Shown: in pieces, positions 40,829 through 50,106 of the stretch
Layout: the number at the start of each line of letters is the position of its first letter
Position numbering within the stretch: the first letter of the stretch is position 1
Assembly: GCA_038227875.1 (NCBI GenBank)
Contig: JBBRPR010000055.1
Location: 1-57,285 of the forward strand
Reading direction: 5' to 3'
Length of the DNA: 57,285 nucleotides
Source of the DNA: Planctomycetota bacterium
GTDB taxonomy: Bacteria > Planctomycetota > SZUA-567 > H5-PLA8
Made by a program: the position numbers and the translations under genes
The notes under the pieces: generated by a model
Told to the model about the DNA's origin: nothing
Databases searched by the model: none
Seen by the model: only the letters and a program-made list of their open reading frames with translations

Positions 40829-41863
40829 TCACGGCGTATACGTTTGCCGTGTTCGCGCGGACTCGTACGCACCGATGAGCAGCGCCAGCGAGCGTTGATT
40901 GTCGGAGCCGCTGGTTTCCGGCGGCGTGTTGGCACGCAGAGCGTCGACCCAGTGCGTCTGGATCGCAACGGTTGCGGCGAAGTGCGCGTCCCAGGCGAAA
41001 GGCAGGCCGGGAAAGGGCGTCGACATCGGCGCGGCGCCGCTGGAGAGGCTCGTGCTTTCGACCACGCCGCGGATGTTTTTGTGGAGGCTGAAATCCGGCC
41101 TTAGTTCCACGAAGCCGCCTTCGCATTCCAGCATCATGCTGATGGACGGCACGGTTTCGACCGGCGAGGCAAAATTCACGTCGATGGCGCAGCTGGCTCC
41201 GCTGGCAGAGCGCAGCACGAGAGTGGCGATGTCTTCGCCTTTCAAGTTGGTGTTGACGGTTTGCGACTGTGCGAAGAGGCCTTTCACATCGCCGAAGAAG
41301 TAGCGCGCGAGGTCGAGCAGGTGCAGACCGTAGCGTTGCAGCGCGAGATGTTCCTGCGTTTCGCTGCCGGGCTGGGCGGTGAGCATCGCCGCGGGGCCGC
41401 GGAAGGAGATGCGGCCGTGGTAGAGCTTCCCGGCTTCTGCGTGCGAAAGCGCCGCCTTAACGGCGCGCATTGCCGGCTGGAAGCGCAGGCTTTCATGGAC
41501 CATCACGCGCACGCCGGCGTCGCGGCAGAGCGTGTTGAGCGTCTTGGCCTCCGCGATACTGGTGGCGTACGGCGTTTCGCAGATGACGTGCTTCTTGTGC
41601 TTCGCGCACAGTTCCACCAGCGCGATGCGCGGCTCGACGGGCGTGGTCAAGTCGACGAAATCGAGTTCTTCGCCGTTCAGCATTTTTTCGGCGTCGGCGT
41701 AAATGTTCACGCCTTCACGATGCGCGGCGGCCGATTCCGCGCGCTTGAGGTCCAGGTCGCAGACGGCGACAAGCTGCGCGCCGGGCACTTCACGCCAGGC
41801 GGGAAGGTGAACCAGCGACGCGGAACCGCAACCGATCAAGGCAAATTTCAGAGGTGTGCTCAT
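40829..41863 (-). CDS. Gfo/Idh/MocA-family oxidoreductase
   Basis: ALIGCGS, LVAVCD, HVICETP, HLLDLARYFFG, GED.A. Confidence 0.9.
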   Translation of the reverse strand: MSTPLKFALIGCGSASLVHLPAWREVPGAQLVAVCDLDLKRAESAAAHREGVNIYADAEKMLNGEELDFVDLTTPVEPRIALVELCAKHKKHVICETPYATSIAEAKTLNTLCRDAGVRVMVHESLRFQPAMRAVKAALSHAEAGKLYHGRISFRGPAAMLTAQPGSETQEHLALQRYGLHLLDLARYFFGDVKGLFAQSQTVNTNLKGEDIATLVLRSASGASCAIDVNFASPVETVPSISMMLECEGGFVELRPDFSLHKNIRGVVESTSLSSGAAPMSTPFPGLPFAWDAHFAATVAIQTHWVDALRANTPPETSGSDNQRSLALLIGAYESARTRQTYTP

Positions 41864-41887
41864 GGCGCTGGATTCTATCCGCAACCG

Positions 41888-42535
41888 TTACGAATGCGAG
41901 GAAGGTGCGAAGATCGCGAGCAACACGGCCCACGCAAAGACTAATCCCAGCAGCGTGGAAAGGCGGTAGCGCGGGAAGAACGGGGCCGTCGGATTTAGGT
42001 GGCGGTAGACTTGCCAGCCGGTCCATGCTCCGCAGGTGGCTCCGGCTACGACAAAAAGCAGGAAAAAGCGTACGAATTGCATGACGCCATTGTCGCCGAC
42101 CAGAACAAAGGATAACAGGCCAGGAAAATTCAGAAATGAGATCAATGCTCCGCGCCACATGCAGACCCACAACAATTCATGAGATTCGGGTTCTCGTTTC
42201 GGTTGCGCGGGTGAATTATGCCCAAGCCGCTTCAGCGTAAACGTGTAGAGCAATATACTCAGGACCACCGCACCGGGGCCACAGAACATTGTGGCGATCG
42301 CTTCCAGTGAAGTCAGGGCGTAGAGTCTATCGAATAGTGGAGAAACGGCTGGCTGCCCGATTTCCAGACGCAACTGATCGGTTACTTCCTTCGAATTGTG
42401 CCAACACACTAGGAGGACGGGGATGGTGACGCCGACAAGCACGGAACCGGCCGCTGCGAAAAAGACATACTGGAATTTCTTGTACACACCCCGCATCAAG
42501 GTGGTGAACTGGACTTGGAGGTCCTCGTCGCTCAT
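41888..42535 (-). CDS. Hypothetical membrane protein
   Basis: About five hydrophobic segments; ATGA overlap with upstream stop; C-terminal RYRLSTLL motif. Confidence 0.65.
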   Translation of the reverse strand: MSDEDLQVQFTTLMRGVYKKFQYVFFAAAGSVLVGVTIPVLLVCWHNSKEVTDQLRLEIGQPAVSPLFDRLYALTSLEAIATMFCGPGAVVLSILLYTFTLKRLGHNSPAQPKREPESHELLWVCMWRGALISFLNFPGLLSFVLVGDNGVMQFVRFFLLFVVAGATCGAWTGWQVYRHLNPTAPFFPRYRLSTLLGLVFAWAVLLAIFAPSSHS

Positions 42536-42993
42536 GCATTTCGCGCTTTGCTGCCGTGCTGCCGCTTGTGCGTAACCATGCGGATTTCCGCGACGTGGAC
42601 GCCGCAATCTTCGCACGCCTGGGTTTTTGTGAAGCAGTCGTCGCAGAAAAATTCGCCGCCGCTGAGGTACTGCTTCAAGCGGCGCTTGTCGTTGCTGCCG
42701 CTACGCTGCTTTTCGATTTCGAGAGGAAAGGCATAGCCGCAAAATGCGCACGGCACCGACTGCTGCTTTTCGAAGATTACTTCCAGATCGCGGCGCAGGC
42801 TGCGGGGGACGCTGCCCTTGCCCTGGCAGATCGGGCAGGGTTCCATCAACGCGGCCAGCAGCGCCTTGCGGATGAACTCCGACTTGTTCGGCATCGCGTC
42901 GAGAAACGCGGCGATCTCGTCTTCGACTTTAAACGTGACCACGCGCTGCTTGATCTTGGCGTCGTCGGCTTTGTCTTTCGGGGCGCGGCTCAT
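42532..42993 (-). CDS. Ribbon-helix-helix (CopG-like) protein with C-terminal Cys/His zinc-binding motifs
   Basis: VVTFKV...NKSEFIRKAL RHH pattern; CPIC, CAFC, CDDC, CEDC, H..H; GGAG RBS. Confidence 0.78.
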   Translation of the reverse strand: MSRAPKDKADDAKIKQRVVTFKVEDEIAAFLDAMPNKSEFIRKALLAALMEPCPICQGKGSVPRSLRRDLEVIFEKQQSVPCAFCGYAFPLEIEKQRSGSNDKRRLKQYLSGGEFFCDDCFTKTQACEDCGVHVAEIRMVTHKRQHGSKARNA

Positions 42994-43000
42994 GTTTCCA

Positions 43001-43195
43001 CTCCGCTGGGGGAACCTTAGGAGCAATTGCTCCGGAGGTCAAAATGACAGGTACCTTGCTCGTTCGAGGGCGGATAGGGACCATGGTCCCTATGTTGGCT
43101 TTTGACCACGTTTTTCCTGTATTACCGGTGTGAGCATACCGCAAATTTGCGGTAAGGTACCCTGTAACGAATTCGTGACAGGGTCATTTTACTCC
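43001..43195. other. Candidate structured RNA/DNA element (multi-palindrome)
   Basis: Four near-perfect palindromes plus nested long-range complementary blocks; see findings. Confidence 0.55.
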
Positions 43196-43213
43196 AACCC
43201 GCGCCGCCAAACC

Positions 43214-43243
43214 AATCCGCAATCCGCAATCCGAAATCCGCAA
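43214..43243. repeat. Heptamer tandem repeat (AATCCGC)x~4
   Basis: AATCCGCAATCCGCAATCCGAAATCCGCAAT just after the aroK stop. Confidence 0.8.
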
Positions 43244-43248
43244 TGCAG

Positions 43249-43785
43249 TTACCGTTGCAGCACGCCGTGCGCGCGCATCAGGATCAGCACGGCCTCCGTC
43301 ACTTCGTCCGGCGAACGGGATTCCACAGAGACTTCCGCGTGCCGCGCTTGCGCGTAAATCGCGGCGCGGGAGAGCATCAGTTTTTTCAGCTCGTCGAGTT
43401 CCGAGTCGGCGTCGGTGAGCTTCGGGCGCGTTTCGGCCGTGGTGCGGTCGATCGAAATGCGCCGCCACAACTCCGACGGACTGGCCGTGAGGTGCACGAC
43501 GAAACTGTCGTGCCGCAGCGCCGCCACGTTTTGGGGATTGAGCACCGCGCCGCCGCCGGTCGCGATCACGACATTCGACTGCTTGCAATATTCCTGAACG
43601 ACTTCGGTTTCGATGCGCCGAAATTCCGCCTCGCCGCTGTCGGCGAACAACTCGCGGATGCTCTTGCCGGCGCGTTCCTGGACGACGCTGTCGGTGTCCA
43701 CGAAGCTCCAGCCCAACCGCTTGGCCAGGTCAGGGCCGACGGTGGATTTTCCAGTGCCACGGAGGCCAATCAATGCGAGTTTCGT
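43249..43785 (-). CDS. aroK: Shikimate kinase (probable ACG start at 43785; alternative TTG at 43773)
   Basis: GLRGTGKST P-loop, FVDTD, GEAEFRRIE, ATGGGAV, RP.L, R..IY. Confidence 0.9.
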   Translation of the reverse strand, partial: TKLALIGLRGTGKSTVGPDLAKRLGWSFVDTDSVVQERAGKSIRELFADSGEAEFRRIETEVVQEYCKQSNVVIATGGGAVLNPQNVAALRHDSFVVHLTASPSELWRRISIDRTTAETRPKLTDADSELDELKKLMLSRAAIYAQARHAEVSVESRSPDEVTEAVLILMRAHGVLQR

Positions 43786-43827
43786 GGTCGTCGTCCTTTC
43801 TTCATTCCTGCACGGAAGATTCCGGCG

Positions 43828-44409
43828 CTACTGCACGAGCTTCAAGACCGCCTGGCGTTTGGCTTCGAATTCCGCGTCGGACAGCACCGGCGTGCCGCCC
43901 ACGGGTGAGAGTTCCTGTTTCATCGGCACCCAGGAATGGCAGCCCGCGTAATCGGCGTGGTAGGGAATCTCAATCGGCTGCGCCAACTTGAACGCGCGGA
44001 CGGTGACGACGTAATTGGGCTTCTCCGGCTTGTAGTTGATGCGCATGTCGAAGAGCGCCTGCGTCCAGCAGGTGACCGGTTCCAGCGCGCGGAGCTTCGC
44101 GGCGTCGGCGGTCTTCACGATGTCGACGACCTGGCAGTAGCCGGGAACCTTGACCACGCCCGATTCGCGCGCCGGCGGACCGTAGTTTGCCAGCGTGGGG
44201 TGATACTGCGGCTTCAACTGTTCGCGGCTCTGGTGTTCGGTGTTCGGGTAGAGAAAGAAGCGTTCGTGCTCCATCTGGAAGCCCTTCTTCTGCTCCAGGA
44301 TCCCGCCTTTTCGCAGCAGCACGACCTGCTTGCCGGCCATCAGTTCATCGCAGACCACAGCCCATTCTTTCAGCGCGATGTTCGTCGCGGTCAAGGTATC
44401 TGATGACAT
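43828..44409 (-). CDS. DUF1802-family protein
   Basis: ALKEWAVVC..L..G.Q..LLRKGGI, F.LYP..EHQ, YAGCHSWV, PVLSD. Confidence 0.85.
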   Translation of the reverse strand: MSSDTLTATNIALKEWAVVCDELMAGKQVVLLRKGGILEQKKGFQMEHERFFLYPNTEHQSREQLKPQYHPTLANYGPPARESGVVKVPGYCQVVDIVKTADAAKLRALEPVTCWTQALFDMRINYKPEKPNYVVTVRAFKLAQPIEIPYHADYAGCHSWVPMKQELSPVGGTPVLSDAEFEAKRQAVLKLVQ

Positions 44410-44561
44410 AAGCACTCGTTCTCCCGTGGATTGAATGAAATCGTTTTATCCGTGAGGTAAGGCATTCGCAACTTATGGCTGTGTGAATTGTAATTTTAGA
44501 CGTGCATGTATGCTGGATTCGTGTTCAATTTCAGGCAGTGCGAGTTAAGGAGAGCGAAAAG

Positions 44562-45164
44562 ATGCCGATGCCCAATTTTCCTGAATTCTTCAAGGACTCC
44601 TACGCCAAGAACGATGCGCCGTGGGATTCCGGCAAGCCCGATCCGGAATTGGTGCGCCTGATCGACGCGGGAAAACTTTCCGGCAAGACGGCGCTGGAGT
44701 TCGGCTGCGGCACCGGCACGAACGCCATCGAGCTGGCCAAACGAGGCTACGCGGTGACGGCCGTCGACTACGTCCAGAAAGCGCTGGACCTGGCGACCGA
44801 GAAGGCCGCGCAGGCGAAGGTCAAGATCGATTTCCGCCGCGCCGACCTGCTCGCCAAGCCCGAACTTGGCGGACCCTACGATGTGATCTTCGACCGCGGT
44901 GTCTACCATTCGCTGCGCATGGAAAACTTCCCGGCGTTCCGCGGCGTGCTGGAGCGCGTCACGCGTCCGGGAACGCTGTGGCTGTGCCTGGCCGGCAACG
45001 CGAAGGAGCAGACCGAGTACGGCCCGCCGCGCGTCCACGAGCACGAATTCCGCAAGGAACTGGAGCCGCTCTTCGAAATTCTTGAAGTGCGCGAATTTCA
45101 CTTCGAGACGAACAAGCCGGGCTTCGAGCCGCTGAGCTGGTCGATCCTGATGAAAAGAAAGTAG
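44562..45164 (+). CDS. Class I SAM methyltransferase (TPMT/TehB-like)
   Basis: APWDSGKP, LEFGCGTG, YDVIFDRGVYH; AAGGAG RBS. Confidence 0.9.
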   Translation: MPMPNFPEFFKDSYAKNDAPWDSGKPDPELVRLIDAGKLSGKTALEFGCGTGTNAIELAKRGYAVTAVDYVQKALDLATEKAAQAKVKIDFRRADLLAKPELGGPYDVIFDRGVYHSLRMENFPAFRGVLERVTRPGTLWLCLAGNAKEQTEYGPPRVHEHEFRKELEPLFEILEVREFHFETNKPGFEPLSWSILMKRK

Positions 45165-45335
45165 TCCGGGCGTCTCACCCGGTCTAACCGCGCCAAAGTC
45201 GGACGCGGTCTGGCACATTCAATAACGTAGCCTACCGCGAAGCAATGGGGCTTTGCTTCGCGGTAGATGAATTCTTCGTATGGAAACACGGGCTGGCTGA
45301 TGCCGAGGTTAGACCGGGCGGGACGCCCGGACTAC
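45161..45335. repeat. GTAG-type REP doublet supplying both convergent stop codons
   Basis: GTAGTCCGGGCGTCTCACCCGGTCTAACC ... GGTTAGACCGGGCGGGACGCCCGGACTAC; internal hairpin CTACCGCGAAGCAA/TTGCTTCGCGGTAG. Confidence 0.85.
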
Positions 45336-46222
45336 GAAAGCTTGTCCAGATCCACGACGAGCGGAAACCACGCGCCTTCGATTTTCTGACCTTTCGGAAT
45401 CTTCGCGAAGCCGGGCATCATCACGCCGTCTTCGGCCGCGGAGCGCGTGCCGTCGGCCATGTAATTGAGCACGATGGCGCGGCGCGGCCGGTTGCTGGAA
45501 TTCGCGAACGAGCCGTGAACCGTGTGGTCGTGATGGAACGAGCACGTGCCGGTCGGCTGTTCCAGCGCGACAGGATTGAACTGTGCGCGTTGTTCGGGTG
45601 TGAGCTGCTTGGCCAGGCCTTCCATGTCGCCCATCAACGCGGTGGGATCGAGCAGCGGCCAGCGGTGCGACCCGGGAATGGCATGGACGCAGCCGTTGTC
45701 GAGTTTCGAGTCGTCGAGTCCGATCCAGACGGTCATGTGTTGCGCAGGCGTGCTGCGCTGCCAGTAGCTGTAATCCTGATGCCACGCGACATTGCCGCCG
45801 GTTTTCGCGGGTTTGTAGAAGACCTGATCGTGCCAGAAGCGCACGCGCGGCGTGCCGAGCAGTTGCGTCAGCTTCACGGTGATCGCGGGATGGAATACGA
45901 GATCGTGGATGGTCTCGTCGATCATCCAGCCGCCTTGAAAATACGTCATCGGTCCTGAGGTTTCCTTGGCTTCGCCCAGGAGTTCGCTGCTGCGCGGGTT
46001 GCGGCGCTGGACGATGTCTTCCAGCCCGTCGCGCAAGCGCGTGACCTGTTCCGGCGAAAGGATCGATACGTTGTGGACGAAACCGTTCTGCTTGAAATTG
46101 GCGAGCTGATCCGGCGTCAGTTTATACGCGTCCGCGTCGGCGCGAGTCTTGAGTTTGGGAAACGTGGTTCCGTGAACGGACTCGGTGGCGAGATAATCGG
46201 TGCGTGACGCAGTTGCAGGCAT
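45332..46222 (-). CDS. Phytanoyl-CoA dioxygenase (PhyH) family Fe(II)/2-oxoglutarate dioxygenase
   Basis: WHQDYSYW, VWIGLDD..LDNGC..IPGSH, HGSFAN.S..PRR. Confidence 0.92.
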   Translation of the reverse strand: MPATASRTDYLATESVHGTTFPKLKTRADADAYKLTPDQLANFKQNGFVHNVSILSPEQVTRLRDGLEDIVQRRNPRSSELLGEAKETSGPMTYFQGGWMIDETIHDLVFHPAITVKLTQLLGTPRVRFWHDQVFYKPAKTGGNVAWHQDYSYWQRSTPAQHMTVWIGLDDSKLDNGCVHAIPGSHRWPLLDPTALMGDMEGLAKQLTPEQRAQFNPVALEQPTGTCSFHHDHTVHGSFANSSNRPRRAIVLNYMADGTRSAAEDGVMMPGFAKIPKGQKIEGAWFPLVVDLDKLS

Positions 46223-46340
46223 TGCTGAAGCTCCGTTTAAGAGGGGGTGAACCAACGCGGCGCAGAATAGCGATTTGATACGGTTTGCACTACGCCGGGG
46301 TTGATGAATAGTGGTACTTTTTTAACAACGCTTGAACTGC

Positions 46341-46556
46341 TGGGATCGGGGATCAGGCATCGGGCATCGGTCGTTGGGATTACGCAGAGCGCGAAGCCTG
46401 CGTACTCCCAACGCAGTAGTTGATGAATCGGACTGGGGGAGGTTCCCAAGCAATTTTGAGTTCTAAATTTAATTACTTCGCAGCGGAAGCGGGTCGCGGC
46501 TTCAGCATGCCGGTTATGCGCAACGACCGATGCCCGATCCCCGATCCCCGATCCCA
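46341..46556. repeat. Second heptamer-armed inverted-repeat element (same arm family as 40626-40823)
   Basis: TGGGATCGGGGATCAGGCATCGGGCATCGGTCGTTG vs CAACGACCGATGCCCGATCCCCGATCCCCGATCCCA. Confidence 0.85.
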
Positions 46557-46751
46557 TCTGTTATCTTGGTTCCAGCGTCCCGCCTGGAACGGGAAGCAAC
46601 CGCCCGCATAGGTGTTCTGCATTTGCAAATCTGACACATCGGTCCGATAAGGCACTGATTGCACGCGTGGAACCTGCTGCGGGGGGTGGCAGGTTTCTCT
46701 CACTATTTCATCGTTCACCCCCAAACACGAGAATTTCGGAGGACTTCTAAC

Positions 46752-47363
<612 letters not shown>

Positions 47364-47374
47364 GTTTACGACGC

Positions 47375-47423
47375 AGGACTGAGGACTGAGGACTGAGGTT
47401 CGCGCGAGCGGGCGCTCAGTCCT
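47375..47423. repeat. Heptamer repeat (AGGACTG)x3 with inverted partner CTCAGTCCT
   Basis: The same heptamer occurs at ~12083-12096 and inverted at ~12358-12389. Confidence 0.75.
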
Positions 47424-47450
47424 TGGTGCTTCTATTTCCAGGAGAAAATC

Positions 47451-48218
47451 ATGCCCAATGTCATCGCTTGCCGGCCGGGGTCGTTTGCGTCGTTTCGCGA
47501 CGAGGCGTTTGCGCATCTCGATAAGATCGGGTTGCGGAACGTGGAGATCGATGTTCCGCCCGAGGATAAGTGGCCGGCGCTGAAGGCGGAACTCGCCCAG
47601 CACAAGATGACCGTCACAAGCGTGGGCGGCGGCGTGGATTTTTCGAAGCCGGAATCGGTCCTGGCGTTCGCGCATCTGGCCAAGGGCGCCAAGCACTTCG
47701 GCGCGCGCATCATTTTCCTGAGCGTAAAAACCGGCGGCCGGCCCGTGGAGGAATGCTACGCGGGCTTGCGCCAGCTTGGCGATCAGGCCCAGGCTTTCGG
47801 CCTGATCATCGCGCTGGAGACGCATCCGGACCTGGTCACCAACGGCGAGGTCGCGGTGGCGACGATGAAGGGCACCAACCATCCGGCGGTGAAGCTCAAT
47901 TACGACAGCGCCAATTTGTATTATTACAACGAAGGCGTCGACGGCATCGCGGAGCTCAAAAAATTCCTGCCGTATCTCGGCGCGCTCCATTTGAAAGAGA
48001 GCAACGGCAAGCTCAAGACCTGGTACTTCCCCGGTCTGCACGAAGGCGAAGGCATCGTGAACTTCCCCGAGATTTTTAAACTCTGCAACGCCGCCGGCTT
48101 CCACGGTCCCTTCACGATGGAGATCGAAGGCTGCGAGGGCGAGAAACTCACCCGCGAACAAGCCGTCGCCCGCGTGGCGAACTCGGTGAGCTATTTGAAA
48201 TCGATCGGCGCGCTGTAA
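47451..48218 (+). CDS. Sugar phosphate isomerase/epimerase (xylose-isomerase-like TIM barrel)
   Basis: ALETH, LNYDSAN, LHLKE, GEGIVNF, MEIE metal-ligand pattern. Confidence 0.88.
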   Translation: MPNVIACRPGSFASFRDEAFAHLDKIGLRNVEIDVPPEDKWPALKAELAQHKMTVTSVGGGVDFSKPESVLAFAHLAKGAKHFGARIIFLSVKTGGRPVEECYAGLRQLGDQAQAFGLIIALETHPDLVTNGEVAVATMKGTNHPAVKLNYDSANLYYYNEGVDGIAELKKFLPYLGALHLKESNGKLKTWYFPGLHEGEGIVNFPEIFKLCNAAGFHGPFTMEIEGCEGEKLTREQAVARVANSVSYLKSIGAL

Positions 48219-48252
48219 CGCTTCAAACTCCGCAATTCAAATTATCACTTAA

Positions 48253-48286
48253 AATCGCACACGTCTGCATTTTGATGTGTGCGATT
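48253..48286 (+). terminator. Hairpin downstream of sodA-epimerase pair (possible terminator)
   Basis: AATCGCACAC/GTGTGCGATT 10-bp stem; weak T tail. Confidence 0.45.
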
Positions 48287-48433
48287 GGTTGGCTCTGAGC
48301 AATGAGTCCAACGGAATTTGCATTATCAGCACATAATGTCTCTCGCCTACCCGCGTCACTTGCCCAATGGATTGGCCTCCTTTAAGAGCGCTACAGACGG
48401 TGGAGCAGGACCACGCGTGGCGGAGGTGTTGGC

Positions 48434-49780
48434 ATGAATCGACGGCGCATTGCGTACATCGGCAGCAGCTACAAATTTGTCCACCAAAGCATTCGCGATT
48501 TCATTCTCACCGGCCTGATGGATAACACGGACATCGTCCTCTACGACATCAATCCCGATCCGCTCCAGATCGAACACGATGTCATTGCGCGCATGATCAA
48601 GCAGGGCAAGAGCGGCATAACCGTGCGCAAAGCGGCCAGCCGCGCGGAGGCCATCGACGGCGCCAGTTATGTGGTCGTCTCCGTGCTGGTGGGCGGAATG
48701 GACGTCGCTGAAAAAGAAGATCTCATCTGCCAGAAATTCGGCATTCGCCATGTAGTCGGGGACACCGTCGGTCCGATGTGCACGGCGCGCTGCCTGCGGA
48801 TGGCTCCGCTGCTGCTCGACATTGCCCGCGACATGGAGCGGCATTGTCCGGATGCGCCCATGTTGAACGTGACCAATCCGATGGCCGTCGTCACCAATAC
48901 GGTCAACCGGCATTCACGCATCAAATGCATTGGGATTTGTCACGGCACGCATTTTCGACAAAGTCAGATCGCTCAGGCCTATGGCGTCGCGCACACGGAT
49001 GTTTCCCTGAACGTGGTGGGCGTCAATCATCTGGGCTTCATCGACAAAGTACGCATTAAAGGTCAGGAACGCGACATCCGGCAGGTCGCCAACGACATCA
49101 CTGAATTGGCGCGCAAAGGGCATGCGGATGTGGCGGGCTACCAGGACACCGACGAATGGGCCAACACCTTCGCGCGCCGGCATGGTGTGATTCCCAATAA
49201 CGGCGACCATCATTTTACGGAGTTCTTCCGCTGGTTCTTAAGCCCCAGTTCCTTCGATAAAGACGGCAAGAATCAATACGGTTTAAGCAAGGCGTTGCAT
49301 TCGCCGGACGGGCGCCGCAAGCGGGCGAAGTGGTTCCGGGACACCGTGAGCGGCTGGGCCTATGGCGCGGATCCCATTCCGGATATGGACAAATATTCCT
49401 CGGAACATCTTCACGACATCATGTTCGCCCACGAAGGCATTCACGGCGACCGGATCCAGAAGGAGTTGCATCTCAACGTCACCAACGGGCACGCCGTTCC
49501 CAATCTTCCGGCAGAGGCCAATCTCGAACTGACCTGCCATGTCGGTTTCGACGGAGCCCGGCCGGTGGAGAACGCGGCCTTGAAGCCCTTCACGCTGGGC
49601 ATTCTCGCGCCGCTGGTAGCGTTGAATCTGCTGTCCGAAAAGGCCGCGATTGAGCAGGACAAGGAAGCATTTCTGGAGGCTCTGACGCTGGACCCGCTGG
49701 TCCACGATTTCCGCTCCATCCCGCAATTGGCCGAGGAGCTCTGGTCGGTCAACCTGCCCTACATGAAGCCGGTGAAGTAG
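48434..49780 (+). CDS. Family 4 glycoside hydrolase (NAD+/metal dependent, alpha-galactosidase-like)
   Basis: EAIDGASYVV, KFGI...VGDTVGP, NVTNP, GICHG, GVNH, N.G.VPNLP, DPL. Confidence 0.87.
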   Translation: MNRRRIAYIGSSYKFVHQSIRDFILTGLMDNTDIVLYDINPDPLQIEHDVIARMIKQGKSGITVRKAASRAEAIDGASYVVVSVLVGGMDVAEKEDLICQKFGIRHVVGDTVGPMCTARCLRMAPLLLDIARDMERHCPDAPMLNVTNPMAVVTNTVNRHSRIKCIGICHGTHFRQSQIAQAYGVAHTDVSLNVVGVNHLGFIDKVRIKGQERDIRQVANDITELARKGHADVAGYQDTDEWANTFARRHGVIPNNGDHHFTEFFRWFLSPSSFDKDGKNQYGLSKALHSPDGRRKRAKWFRDTVSGWAYGADPIPDMDKYSSEHLHDIMFAHEGIHGDRIQKELHLNVTNGHAVPNLPAEANLELTCHVGFDGARPVENAALKPFTLGILAPLVALNLLSEKAAIEQDKEAFLEALTLDPLVHDFRSIPQLAEELWSVNLPYMKPVK

Positions 49781-49834
49781 TCGGGGGCAGGTCGTTATAG
49801 CCGGGATGGGAATCGATCGCGCCAACTTCAATAT

Positions 49835-50068
49835 TCAATTCCACTCATCCCCATCCTGCCAGCGGGCGATGGTTTCGGTCACCAGCATCACGAAGGCGGA
49901 GATGAACAACAGGAAGGGGAGCATCACCAGCGCCGCACCGTAGGCGTGGTATTCGGTGGAGATAAAGTGGGCGATGGTGAAACTCGCGCCGAGCGAAAGC
50001 AGTCCGGCCAGAATCGTGACCAGTCGCATTTGGAAGCGTTTGGGTGGGCCTTTTTTGATGGAGCTCAT
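49835..50068 (-). CDS. Small 2-TM hypothetical protein
   Basis: RFQMRLVTIL leader followed by two hydrophobic helices. Confidence 0.55.
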   Translation of the reverse strand: MSSIKKGPPKRFQMRLVTILAGLLSLGASFTIAHFISTEYHAYGAALVMLPFLLFISAFVMLVTETIARWQDGDEWN

Positions 50069-50106
50069 CTTGCCCGGCCTTTCTTCGGCCAACGTTCCTG
50101 CGTGGG

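Noticed and set aside
43001..43195. Structured element as 6S, SRP, tmRNA, RNase P or cloning-vector polylinker
   Set aside because: It lacks the diagnostic motifs of those RNAs; the restriction-like hexamers are centres of longer dyads in native context
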